Below, one piece after another: positions 1 through 11,209 of a stretch of 64,000 nucleotides of DNA; the first letter of the stretch is position 1; each line of letters opens with the position of its first letter. Below the pieces are notes generated by a model, which was given only the letters and a program-made list of their open reading frames with translations, did not search any database and was not told where the DNA came from. The position numbers and the translations under genes are program-made. This stretch comes from Psammoneis japonica (Eukaryota): NCBI GenBank assembly GCA_008632985.1, contig QPGO01000117.1, positions 1-64,000 on the forward strand, written 5' to 3'.

Positions 1-1076
1 TGCAGCAGGCTGCTCCCATCAAGTTTCAAGGAGAAGAGGCAAGCCAAGGCCAGCTGGCCTGGTCTGGACCCTCCATTGACATCTTCCTGTTGCTGCCAAC
101 CACCAGCACAACCCACTGCATTGTGACAGCCCAAAAAAGAGCAGCCATCTCCTGCCATGCTGTGCAGGGAAGCTTGGGCTTGGCAGATCAACTGTGTGTG
201 TGCTGCCAGAAGATTGACTTTTTTGACTGCAGGGTCACCCAAAAGGGGTTTGGTGTTGTGCAGAAAGATAGATCCCACTGGGCCTGCTCCTGTGTGCACC
301 TGTGCTGGACTCAGCCAATGCTGAGCACCCTTGCAGCCCAGCAGCAATGAAGCCCTCCACCAAAATGTCTGCCAAAACCTCACTGTGCCACATCTGTGGT
401 CTGTGGCAAGTTGAGATGCTGGACAGGAATTGACCTGGGTGTTTCTCCACTGGCCACATCGACAAGCTGTGCCAGCAGCAAAGGGAGTGGTGCAGCAGTG
501 GACAAGGTTTGTGGCACAGTTGTGGCAGTGGCAACTGCAGCAACCACTGATCCTGAAGGCATGGCAACAGACACAGCCAGGTTGTGCCAGCTGGAAGAAG
601 AAGTGCTTGCTCCCAAGGATGGAGAGAGCTGACATCTGAGACTCTGTGGAAGGGGAAAACAGCAGCGCTGAGAAGTGCTCATTCTGGTCTGGCACAAATG
701 ACCACAGAAGAAGCAGTTGGGCTCACATGACTCACCTGTTGCATCTAGCCCAGGTGCCACAGTGTGTTCCTTGGCTGATCCCAGAGCAGGTGTGCAGCTT
801 TTCACTCACTCCACTTGCTGTGTCAGTTGTGCCCCCTCACTGGTTTGTTGTGCTTGGGTGCCCTGCACCCCATTGCATGGGTTTCACTCTTTGCTGCTGC
901 TGGCTGCTGCCCTCCCCACTTGCCTGCAGGGTGGTGCTGGCGTGACCCATCATTGTTGAGATTGTCATGTCCCTTGGCACTCTTGTCATCTCCTCTCAGT
1001 TTGCTGGCACCTGCGCCCTCTTCCCACGTGTTTTGAGCTCCTTCTTCCACCTGACAAATGCTGTCTCTCAAGCTCT

Positions 1077-1104
1077 TGTGTGTGTGTGTGTGTGTGTGTG
1101 TGTG
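1077..1104. repeat. (TG)14 microsatellite
   Basis: Perfect TG run read directly. Confidence 0.95.
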
Positions 1105-1257
1105 GCTCTTTCCTGTCTGAAGACACAAGGTGGGCTTGGACACCTGTGCTGCTCTCCTTGCCACATGTTCACACCAGCGCACACACAAAAACATGCCATT
1201 TGAGATGTGCTGTGAGCAGGTGTTGCCACGACAAATGCCACCTTGGGCCATTGTGCA

Positions 1258-1426
1258 TTACGGACTAGCGGTGTCGGGACAATCTAACGGACATCTAGGA
1301 CAGATGACAATCATGTGCTAGATGAGAAAGAAAGTGAGCAAAGGAGAGATCATCGGATCTCTCCATGCTGTCCATGCTAGTCTGTCCGACACAAGGGAGT
1401 GTGCTCCCCATCTCGGATGTCTGTCA
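1258..1426 (-). repeat. 3' LTR of the Copia-like element
   Basis: Matches 3762-3930 except at 7 TA/TG/CA dinucleotides. Confidence 0.92.
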
Positions 1427-2040
1427 CCTTCCCCTGATGAGCAATGCAATGCTCAACAAGAAAGAAAGAGACGATCCGAATAAAAAGAGAGGACCAGAAC
1501 AGCAAAGAACAAAAAAGAGCACCAAAAGAAATGGCCAAGACTTGGTCCGCAAACACGACAACAATCAACGACAACATCCCAACAAGCGACGAGCATGTCG
1601 GGAACAAAACATCCATCCCGCGCTCAACGCATCGGTCTTCGACAAAAAATGTCAAAGGTGGTTCCCAACAAATCTTTTGGATAAATTGAGTCGTGCACCA
1701 AAGAACAATTTTGTCAATCCAATGACAATCGACAGCAAAGAGACATTCTGGCGAGTCACCTGTCGCCAAAATCATCGGAAGAGATGGGGCCAAAAATGGA
1801 AATCCACCATGGGAGGATGCGGTGAAAATGAAGCAATGGCAATCCACCTGACAAGCCAATGTTTCTACCACCAAATGTGTCGCCCCTGAAAAACACATTG
1901 GACAAAACAAGCACATCATAAAGTCGCTCAACGTCGGAAGAACAGTGACGTGTCGTAGGTGAGCACCGCACGGCGTTCAAATCATGGTCGTCAAGTGCGG
2001 TTTCTTGGTTGAAGGTTGAATTCTCAACAGCCTGATGCGC

Positions 2041-2370
2041 TTCCTCTGCGCTGTAGGAATCCCTCCCATGATCAAAAAGCACAGGGTCATCATCAGGGAT
2101 GGTCGACAGGTCGGGAGTGCTAGAAAAAATGCCACTCGACACCACAACGGTCTTGACAGCGAAGGAGGAAAGAGGCGACACACTGGAAGAGTTGGTGTGA
2201 TGATCAATCGTGCACACTTCCTCTGCACGACATTGCTCCCTCCTTTGATCAGAAAATGAAGGATCATCATCAGCGATGGTGGACAGGTCCAGAGTGCCAT
2301 GAAAAGTGCAAATGGACACGACAACGGTCCTGACAACGGAGGAAAGAGACGTGACAGCAGAAGGCAGTAA
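2041..2370. repeat. Diverged internal tandem duplication, unit about 177 bp
   Basis: ttcctctgc...catcatcagNgatggt...gacagg...acaacggtc...ggaggaaagag occurs at about 2041 and about 2218. Confidence 0.75.
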
Positions 2371-2667
2371 GACTCCGTGGTCCTCTTTCATGACTGCCCT
2401 GCTTCTGTTGGTCTTGCTCGGACAATGGAAAGAATGGCGGCATCGTGTGTCCGAAACTGACGACGGCCGAACCAAAAATCCGAATGCGAATCAACTTGAC
2501 AACCAACAGAGTGCTGGCGGCATCCGCAAGTGTCAGATGACGGCGGGATGTAGGTGGCAAGCAGCTTGGGTGTAACCTTGGTGAGAGAGAGCAGTCCATC
2601 CTTGAGGTGAATGTGGCCCTTTTTGCATGGAACAACAGAATGGCCCGAAACAAAAAACTTTGGGGTC

Positions 2668-3558
2668 TCAAGCAGGCAGGCATGGACGTCGGCGGGAAGC
2701 ACTGCCCGATTTGGCATGAATTGCAAGGGATCCAGCACCAATGGCTGTAGATGGCTTACCCACCGGTTCCACAACAGACATGGCAGACTTGATGTTCAAA
2801 GAACTGTCATCCGCAGGGTCCATCCGAGAGTCCACAGCGAGTGCATCTTCAACACGAGACACAACAGCAGTGTTGTAGCTGCTGGCAGTAGAAGCGGGAT
2901 CTGGGCACAACTTGGACTCAGTGTGTGCATTAGAGCTCGAAATGCTCCTCAATCCATCAATCATGGCTTGCCCACACCCGTTTGGACCAGGCAAATGAGT
3001 TGCCAAGGCCTTGGCAAAGTCTTTGGGAGCAAGACCTGCAGCAGCAACCGGAGGGGATGCAGAACTTGAAGCAGTCGGTGGATCTGGGTGCGGATCATCG
3101 GAGATGTCATCCCAGCAATCACAACGCCGAAAACGAGGGCTGAAATGGAAACGTAGAGTCCCAACATGTGCATGCATGGTGTCGTCGTTCTCTGAGATCG
3201 CCTTGATCACAGTCTTCTGAAGAGCACTGAGGTTCAGGCGAACCGGGGAGCCTTGAGGGGTGGCTGCAAAGAGAGGAGCCTTTTCAATGATCGGTCCGAT
3301 TCGTGTGAGATCTTTAGTCAGGACAGCTTCAGGGATGACAAGATTGTGAACGATCTCATGTCGGAGGACAGTGACAGCATCGCTCTTGAGGCCTTGAGGG
3401 GCAAATCCATCCAAAAGATCTTCAGGAGCAGGGACCTCGTCCGAATGAAGGGTGTTCAGGAAAATGTGGGCATCGGGCAAGCGATTGTGTGGGCTGAATT
3501 CAACCCGCATCGTCTTGATCTTGGTCAAATCGACGGCGTTTTGATTTTTGTTCACCAT
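2668..3558 (-). pseudogene. Internal ORF of the LTR element (gag position, no recognisable domain)
   Basis: 296-aa ORF starting about 200 bp downstream of the PBS, in element orientation, nearly Tyr-free. Confidence 0.45.
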
Positions 3559-3761
3559 GGTTGCGCGGGAAAAAAAATCAAATTCCTGCGCAGAGCTCTG
3601 GCATGTGTTCTACGGTGGTCGTTTGATCACAAATCGAGAGGTGAAAAAACAGCTGTGACAATGATGACGATTTCAACGAAGAAAAGGTCGCCAAATCACA
3701 CAACAGGTGCTGCAGCAGAGGAGCACAGAGGAAGAGGAACAGCGCACTGCTGCTCATGACC

Positions 3762-3930
3762 TCACGGACTAGCGGCATCGGGACAATCTAACGGACATCT
3801 AGGACAGATGACAATTGTGCACTAGATGAGAAAGAAAGTGAGCAAAGGAGAGATCATCGGATCTCTCCATGCTGTCTGTGCCAGTCTGTCCGACACAAGG
3901 GAGTGCACTCCCCATCTCGGATGTCTGTCA
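3762..3930 (-). repeat. 5' LTR of the Copia-like element
   Basis: Direct repeat of 1258-1426, followed on the minus strand by the PBS-like motif. Confidence 0.92.
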
Positions 3931-4618
3931 GTGCATGTGCATCATCATTTCACATCTGAGGACATGCAGTGAACATGACCCCACATGCCCCCCTTGCATC
4001 TGCACGCAAGACCACACCCTCAAAATGTGCACACTGGGGTGCTGAGATGTGCGCTGAGTGGGTGCTGCTGCGCTGTGTCAGTGGACTCGAACACTCTTGC
4101 ACCAACCTGGCCTCAAACACTCTTGCACCCACACCATTTTGACCACAGGTGCCATTGCTTCTGTTGCAGTTGCTGCTCCAGTGAACACTCTGGAGAACAA
4201 TGGCGAGCTGTGAGCCACAGATGAGAGGGCGCTGTCTCTGCCACTCTTTTTCTTGCTGAAAAAATGCAAAAACACGATGTCACTCCCTCCCAGCTGCCCC
4301 CCAAAACACAGTGGGCACAATGGAGTGAGTCACCACACAATTTTAGAAAGCCTGTTGATTGCCGCATCTGCTCATTTCTGTCGTACATTGTCAATTCTTG
4401 TCACCATGGCGTGATTTGCTCAAAAAAAGCGCGAAAGTGTGGTGTCTGTTGGTTGCCAGCAGGTTGTGTGCGTCGTTTCGAATTTCACGAGGTCTGTCTC
4501 CTCTTGTCACAAAACCTCGCGCGCCGGAAATCTTGCCTGCTGTTTTTTTCTTGCGTCTCGCATCTCGCTCGGTGCCTTCGTTTGCATCTGTTGTTGCCCA
4601 TTTCTCAAAGAAAGCATC

Positions 4619-5386
4619 ATGTCCTCCGGTCTTGTCAAGTGTGACTGCATCGAGTGCCAGTCTGGGATGGCAATGCTGGATCCTGTGAATGGCATGCATG
4701 TGGACTTTTGCCAGAACTGTGGCCGTGCCTGTTGTTGCGGCTCCGGACCAACCCATGTGTCCTGTCCCTGCTGTCATCAATGCCAACAAGGAAAGTGTCT
4801 GGAAAAAGAAGATGCAGAAGAAGAAGAAGCAGAAGTCATTGAGCCTCCCAAGAAGAAACAGAACGTCACCAAAAAGGCGACCACTCCCAAGATTCCTCTG
4901 GCGGAACAGTCGGAGATTCGCATGGTGCGCGCCTCGTCGCAGCAGGGTGAGTTCTTGGCCGAGAATGTTCTGATCGACGACAATGGCAAGACCTTTTGGA
5001 AGTCAGAGCCTGTGAAACGAAAAGACCGCAAGGAACAGTGTGTGGAATTCCAACTGGCGCCCGACAAGAGTGTGCGCCGTTTGGGGTCGGTCTCCGTGGA
5101 CGAGACACGCCAGGTTGGACTGTCGGACTTTCGAATCGACTTTAGCGAGGATGGAACATTGTGGAAGCGTGGCCACTCTCTGTGGGGAACATCGTCGGCG
5201 GGGGACGGCGTGCGTTCCAATCATGATCTTGGAAACATTGTGGCTCGCTCGGTCAGGATTGTGTGCAAGAAACCAAGATCGTTCAACTCCGGAGTTGGCT
5301 TTGCGTTTGTGCAGTTCAATCGTGTGGCCAAAATGAGGGAACCAGGTGGCATCCTTTGTGATGAAGAAGAGAGTGGTGACTGTTGA
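4619..5386 (+). CDS. Protein with a C-terminal galactose-binding/discoidin (F5/8 type C)-like domain, probably TA-eroded
   Basis: ATG at 4619. Motif pattern RASSQ...AENVLIDD...TFWKS...EQCVEFQL...DFRIDFSEDGTLWK...ARSVRIV. No Tyr in 255 aa, with Cys/His at expected Tyr positions. Confidence 0.55.
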   Translation: MSSGLVKCDCIECQSGMAMLDPVNGMHVDFCQNCGRACCCGSGPTHVSCPCCHQCQQGKCLEKEDAEEEEAEVIEPPKKKQNVTKKATTPKIPLAEQSEIRMVRASSQQGEFLAENVLIDDNGKTFWKSEPVKRKDRKEQCVEFQLAPDKSVRRLGSVSVDETRQVGLSDFRIDFSEDGTLWKRGHSLWGTSSAGDGVRSNHDLGNIVARSVRIVCKKPRSFNSGVGFAFVQFNRVAKMREPGGILCDEEESGDC

Positions 5387-5770
5387 GCACTGCAGAACGT
5401 AACTTGTTGCCCAACTTAGTTGCCATCACGTGTGCATGACAGCCAGACCAGTGGCAAATGGGCCCAAAACCTAACGAGGATCTCTTAGACAGTGCACCAG
5501 GGCCCTCGGTCTGTCCTCCATGGCGACAGCTCCTGGCATGTCATGTGTTTCAGGCGCGTGAATGGATGGCTGAATGTGAACACGTGATGTTCGCCTGCCG
5601 AATGAGACAAGGACCGAAGCAACGTGAGTCACTCATTCACAGCGGCCTTTGCTGAAAGATGGATGATTCCAAGACAACACAGAATGCAGAAGTGGGGCGT
5701 CTGCTGAAATGGTTGCTGCAGAGTGCAAGTGCTGCTGTGCTGTCATTTAAAGCACCCACTTCAGTTTGAT

Positions 5771-7215
5771 TTAATTTGCTCTCCAGTGGAGATTCCAAAA
5801 CTGGGAGCAGCCGAACCCAATCACCACCACGGCCACAGCAACAGAAAGCTGCGTAACCAACCAATTCTTCTTTTCACAGGTGTCTTGGTCGAGATTTCCA
5901 TCCAGGCATCGAACAAAGTCGCGGCTCGAGTCATCGTGCTTTCGCATTTCGTCCACTTGGCTTCCCATGGGGGCGCACTTCATGATCATCCCAAGGATCC
6001 AACACTCAAACGCATTGGACGAGTTGACGCTCTTGCCTTGGGATCGGGCTTCCTTGACAAGCTTCTTCATGCCCTCGCGACGAGCTCCCCAGTCGTAGCA
6101 TGCAATGGCTTCTGCTGGACGCGCAGCCAGCTCGGCAAGTTTGGTGGCACAAACGCAGGCATCGGTTGTGGCACAATTCGTTCCTTGTCCGAGATGAGGA
6201 GACTGAGGATGAGCAGCGTCCCCAAGCAATGCGACCAGCTTTCCGGGACTCGAGCAGGGCAAGTCAACACGAGGAAGGTCAAAAATTGCAGCCTTGGTAA
6301 TCTGAGATGCGGGTGTCTCTTCCATCACTTTCATCATGACGGAGGACAATGGCGTCCCCTTGTCCTTGAGGGATTGCAGCAGTGCTGCCTTGGACTCATC
6401 CGTAAGAATTGCTCCTCCTCGGCAAGTCAAGTCTTCCGCAGTGCTGCCGGTTGGTCCATCGGCGGGTGAGCCAAGCACCCATGGAACCGTGCCATCTCCT
6501 GGTGAGATGAAGAATGAACCAGGTTGCTTGCCAGCACCCAGCATCCAAACAAACGAGTCACCCTTGAAGCTTTGCATGTCCTGGATGGCCTCCGTCGTGT
6601 CACATCTGCCCCAGCAGCACGTGACACCACAGTGTTCGAGAGGATCACCATCTTCTCCCTCGTCCTTGAACAGGCAATGTCGAATCTTGGAATGAACACT
6701 GTCGCAGCCGAGAAGGCATCGGCCCACAATCGTCGAACCGTCAGTCAAGTTGACCGCCACGTGTTGCTCGTCTAGATCTTCGGAAAAGGACTCGACCGCC
6801 ACACCACACTTCAACCAGTTCGCTTGGCATTCTTCTGACGCAAGGTCGAGAGCAGCGCGTTTTGCAACTGGGCTCGATGCGCCGATCCACAGCCCGACGA
6901 CAAGGCTTGAGGCATTTCAATGTTGCGGACCAACGTGCCTTCCATCGTTTCCATGTAAAAACCAACACAGTGTTTCAAGAAACCGTCCACAACCGACTTG
7001 GACAATCCGAGGCGGTTCTTCAAAATGTCAACCGTCGTGGGAGCAAGGTCAAAGCCAGCTCCGACATTGGAGCACAGCTTGCTGCGCATTGCCTTTTCCA
7101 ACACGACAAATGGAATGCCATGGTTCTGCAGAACCAACGCGGCAATCAATCCGCACGGCCCACCGCCAGCAATCAGAACGGGAGCAGACACAGGCTTGGG
7201 TGATGGCGACGACAT
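5771..7215 (-). pseudogene. FAD-dependent monooxygenase (aromatic hydroxylase/zeaxanthin epoxidase-like), frameshifted and TA-eroded
   Basis: Motifs VLIAGGGPCG (GxGxxG), LLGCDSVHSKIR (DG motif) and LLGDAAHPQSPHLGQG (GD motif), plus a C-terminal TM helix. Frameshift near 6842. Only two Tyr seen. Confidence 0.85.
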
Positions 7216-8091
7216 GGGCGAAGAGAAAATGCACCTTGCAGACAGTTGCTGGAAACTTTTTGTGAGAGCGGTGCCATCCGAAATTGTGAGGGGAGACACC
7301 GAAAGGGAAGACTCCATCCGCCTTGAAAGAATCGACGATCCGCCTTGAAGGGCTTCGGAACGGACAAGAACAGAGCTGTTGGCTGACGCATGTCATGATG
7401 ACAAGTGTCATGCTTCGGCAGCCTGCCGACTTTGTCATTTGGTCACAGGAAGAACCATCAACAATCAAAAGCGAAAAATGAATCCGCAGCCCCATGCTGG
7501 ATGCGCATCCGCCTTGAAGTCTTTTTGGAACAGAATAACCGAGAACCGTTCACGAATGACGTCAGTCTTGATGGGGGCTCACGGGCTCACCTACCGACAA
7601 CGCACCAACCATAGCTAACTACGACTTCCGCGCGCTGAAATAGCATGTCTCTCTTGCTTCTGTTGAGTCTAAAACCACTTTCGTGGATTACAGAACACTC
7701 TTATTCAATTCCATAGGAACATAGAAACCAGGAGAATGCACATTAGGTGCATCGTCCATCAGGGAGAAACAGCTTTCGATGTGATTGAGATATTGGTAAT
7801 ATCTCTTTTGGCGCATTTGTAATTCTAATTGATAGGACTATGTTTTAGAGGCTAACATTTTGTTGAGTGCAGTCATATCCCTGGTACTTGAAAACAGTAG
7901 AAGAGAATTGAAGCCGTTCCTGCTGATTAATGCGTACTACGCTCCCGGATAGAGGCTTGTGTGCCATCGAGAGAGCCAACTAGAAATTTTTGAGACAAAC
8001 CCCCCACAGCAGCAGTAGTAGTACAGCTGAAATGCCAGTTACATTATCAAGTTAATCTCTATAGCTCCTAATAGCTCTAGAGAGAGTACAA

Positions 8092-9555
8092 CTATGATTG
8101 TGCCTTTTGTCTAGGTGCCGGATCCCAATACCCCTTCCAATCTCCACCGCCAAGAAATTTGTACAGTCGCCGATTGTAAGGCGCATAAAAGTCTTCCAAC
8201 ATTTGTCGCGTTGTCGCATTCATAGCCATGGTGTAATTGCTAACCACCTTGTCTTTCTTGTCAGTCAGTTGGTGGTCCGGCAAATTCAAAAACTTTAGAA
8301 CCTTTTCATATTCCTTGTCCACATTCTTCTTCAAGTCTTCGGATCGAATCACTAAGATTTCCTTTTTAGGATCCCGTCCAACCTCCTTCATGGCTTGGAA
8401 CCAATGTCGCAATTGCATTTCATACATACCACGCCCAATCGGTCCCTCATGAGCCAGTCGCAAATACTCGGTCCACGCTTCATCTTCTTGGGGCGATCCG
8501 GCAAATTTGTTAAAGTTCACCTTGTTCCAATCATGCACGAGTCCGGCTTGCTTCATGAATTCAAAATCCTCTTCAATCCATCGCTCAAAGGACATTTTAA
8601 GATTGACACGCCGCACGGCATAGGCCCAATTGGAATACGCCCGATCGACGGGATTCCGCAACACCACTAGCAACTTGACCCATGGACAGACACAGAGAAT
8701 GCGTTGCGGAAGCATGGTGGAAAAGAACAAGTATCCCGGCGTGCCGTCAAAGGAAATGGACTTTTTGTTTTCTTCCAATGCCTTGTGATGGTAGTCAAGC
8801 GCATACATGTGTTGCCGTGCGGATTGGACCGCCGTTTTGCGGCTTGCCGTCACGTAATTGCCACGAAAGTTCTTGTTGAGAAAGAATTGTAACTCCTTGG
8901 TACGAGCGGGGATGACGGACGGGTGTTGTGTAATATAAGACGCGAGCGACGTTGTACCGCTTTTCTTGGCACCCGGCAATAAAAAGTAGGGAGCTCGCAA
9001 TTGCCAGGCATTGTCGCCTGTGGGATACCACTCGGCACCCTGCAATTCACAATACCGTTCCACAAAGGTGTCGTTGCCTGTTCTTGTAGAAGTAACGTTT
9101 GAACTATTCGTAACGTCAATAGCTGATGGCTGATCTTTTGTATCGGTTGTTGGCAAAGCATTTTTCGATTCCAATTCCGGCAGTTCCGAACGAGGCTTAT
9201 CGTCAATTCTGTGTTTCTTTTCTCGAAGACTCTCGAGTTCGTTGCTTTTCTCATCCTCTGGCGGTTCCTTTTCAGTCACGTAACTTTGCTGTTTTTCATT
9301 CATATTCTCTATTATTGTTTCTGTTTGTTTCGTCGGTTTCTTTTTTTCTATTGTCATTTCGTTGCTTTTGTTTTTCAACACCACTTTGGCTGGGTCACGG
9401 ACGAATTGAGAATGTCCCATCACAATCAACACCAAAAAGGCAAAGAAACATGTGATTTTCAAGCCACGATGGTGTGCCGCCATACTTGGTACATGATGAT
9501 CATTGCATGTCGTGTTGGACAAGAACAGCGGTTTCATCATCATCCTCGGGCACAA
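8092..9555 (-). CDS. Type II membrane sulfotransferase (heparan-sulfate 3-O-sulfotransferase-like)
   Basis: 5'PSB GAKKSGTTSL, 3'PB LRNPVDRAYS, N-terminal TM, C-terminal LEDFYAPYNRRL. Confidence 0.92.
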   Translation of the reverse strand: MCPRMMMKPLFLSNTTCNDHHVPSMAAHHRGLKITCFFAFLVLIVMGHSQFVRDPAKVVLKNKSNEMTIEKKKPTKQTETIIENMNEKQQSYVTEKEPPEDEKSNELESLREKKHRIDDKPRSELPELESKNALPTTDTKDQPSAIDVTNSSNVTSTRTGNDTFVERYCELQGAEWYPTGDNAWQLRAPYFLLPGAKKSGTTSLASYITQHPSVIPARTKELQFFLNKNFRGNYVTASRKTAVQSARQHMYALDYHHKALEENKKSISFDGTPGYLFFSTMLPQRILCVCPWVKLLVVLRNPVDRAYSNWAYAVRRVNLKMSFERWIEEDFEFMKQAGLVHDWNKVNFNKFAGSPQEDEAWTEYLRLAHEGPIGRGMYEMQLRHWFQAMKEVGRDPKKEILVIRSEDLKKNVDKEYEKVLKFLNLPDHQLTDKKDKVVSNYTMAMNATTRQMLEDFYAPYNRRLYKFLGGGDWKGYWDPAPRQKAQS

Positions 9556-9805
9556 ATCACAAACTTATTACGCCATGGCCGATGCTGCAGAAAAAAAAAA
9601 AGTACTTGGCGAAGCGGGCAAAATTCAAATGACATGCGGACGGATGACGGACAGGACATTGTGTATGACGTTTGTACTGGAAGACTGCCAGGAATTATAA
9701 GTATGTAGAATCCTTACCAAGCTTTACGTAACGAGTCATTTAACGGTATTTAACGTCTAACGTCCTTCGAAAAGTCACAAAGTCACGCCATATTTTTTTC
9801 TCACC

Positions 9806-11179
9806 ATGAGATTTCGCAACCGCATTCAACAAACACGAGGCCGACAACAGTTGCATCACAGTAGCACTAAGAAACACCATGTACTGATATCCGCTCGTCG
9901 CATTGTGCTTGTTGTTCTGACGAGTATTGTCGTGCTGTATCTAATTGTTGCGATTGCGTGGTATCGTCGTGATAATCAGCACAACAACAACAAGAATGCA
10001 TCAAGTCCTCATGGACCCAACCAGTTGTTGAGAAACACTGCAAATCAACAACAAATACGACGAGAAAACAAGATTCAAGCAAATGACGAGAAAATTAATT
10101 TATCGGCGGGAAGCATGCAGTACAAGGACTGGAGAGCGCTCGCCGTCAAACTCGCATCGTTGCCATCGCAAGAAGTTCTTGAAGCACTTGACGAACTCGA
10201 TCCGTTTGGAGTACGAACTTTTGAAAAGGATCTGTTACAGGCCGAAACTGATTTGAAGCGTGTTTTGACATTGGACGAAATTCAGCAATTGTTTCCGTGT
10301 CCACAAAATCGAATCAGTTTGCCAGATTTGCGACTACAACAGAAGGCACTCGATTTTCGCAATGCCAAGCCGGGTTCGTTTTTGTTTTTTCAACACTTGC
10401 GCAAAGCGGGTGGGACACACTTTTGTACACTTGCCCAAGCCAATTTACCAAAACGTGCACTGCCACCCTATTATTGCATGCCCGACATGGTTTGGAGTGG
10501 CAACAAGGCTGCGGGCTATTTGCATCATTGGAGCAATGCCGATATAGTTGCCAAGATGAAGCAACATCGTGTTGCTGGAAACGAATGGGATAATTTTGAT
10601 GTCAAGAACCATTTTGATTTGCCTGCCGTCTTTGCCACGTCGTTTCGTCGTCCTCTTGATCGGGCCTTGTCGCAATTTCGGTTTGAGTGTATCGAAGAGC
10701 GGGGTTGCAAAATCAAGGACGTGGGCAAGTGGTGGAAACGTCGAACCGACTTGAACAATGTCTACACGTGTACCTTTTCCGATGGGGACTGTCGGCAAAA
10801 GGTTTATACAGATGACTCGCTTTCCAAGCAACGAGGCGAAATGATGGGTACCGCACTGGATACCGTGGCAAAGTTCAATCTAGTCCTCGTTATGGAATGG
10901 TTGAGTTATGCAGCGCCGCAGGTGCAGAGCGTCTTGGGCTTTGCCGACACGTCCGTCTTGACAAAACGGGTACGGCCACACATTAATCAGGCACACCGAG
11001 AGGATGGTCAAGAACAAAATTTGGGTGCTGCGGGTATCGCAAAAGCAAGTTGGATCCCCAAGGATTATCTAACGGCAGAGCAATACGAAGACATGAGCAA
11101 TTCACTGGCACTGGACGAAATATTGACCGATGCAGCACGGCGACTGTTTCTAGAGAGACTGGTTTGTCCAGCCATATAA
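9806..11179 (+). CDS. Type II membrane sulfotransferase (Sulfotransfer_2-like)
   Basis: Motifs FFQHLRKAGGT and SFRRPLDRALSQF, N-terminal TM anchor. Confidence 0.88.
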   Translation: MRFRNRIQQTRGRQQLHHSSTKKHHVLISARRIVLVVLTSIVVLYLIVAIAWYRRDNQHNNNKNASSPHGPNQLLRNTANQQQIRRENKIQANDEKINLSAGSMQYKDWRALAVKLASLPSQEVLEALDELDPFGVRTFEKDLLQAETDLKRVLTLDEIQQLFPCPQNRISLPDLRLQQKALDFRNAKPGSFLFFQHLRKAGGTHFCTLAQANLPKRALPPYYCMPDMVWSGNKAAGYLHHWSNADIVAKMKQHRVAGNEWDNFDVKNHFDLPAVFATSFRRPLDRALSQFRFECIEERGCKIKDVGKWWKRRTDLNNVYTCTFSDGDCRQKVYTDDSLSKQRGEMMGTALDTVAKFNLVLVMEWLSYAAPQVQSVLGFADTSVLTKRVRPHINQAHREDGQEQNLGAAGIAKASWIPKDYLTAEQYEDMSNSLALDEILTDAARRLFLERLVCPAI

Positions 11180-11209
11180 AGAGAGTAACGAAAAACAAAG
11201 AATCGTGTA

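Larger units (their letters stand above)
1258..3930 (-). mobile_element. Non-autonomous Copia-like LTR retroelement (2.67 kb)
   Basis: 169-bp direct repeats at 1258-1426 and 3762-3930. TSD GTGCA at 1253-1257 and 3931-3935. Minus-strand PPT AGGGGAAGG (1427-1435). PBS-like GGTCATGAGC (3752-3761) resembles the half-tRNA-iMet primer site GGTTATGAGC. No RT/INT motifs seen. Confidence 0.85.
1..7590. other. TpA-depleted, TG/CA-enriched domain A (TE relics plus two eroded host-like genes)
   Basis: TA is nearly absent apart from CTAG/CTAA/TTAA-type survivors. It returns abruptly at about 7590 (ctaccga...atagctaactacg). Confidence 0.9.

Noticed and set aside
1..1257. Coding-like relic at the window start, continuing after 3936
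   Set aside because: It is too decayed (both TA and CG lost) to assign a family from the sequence alone.
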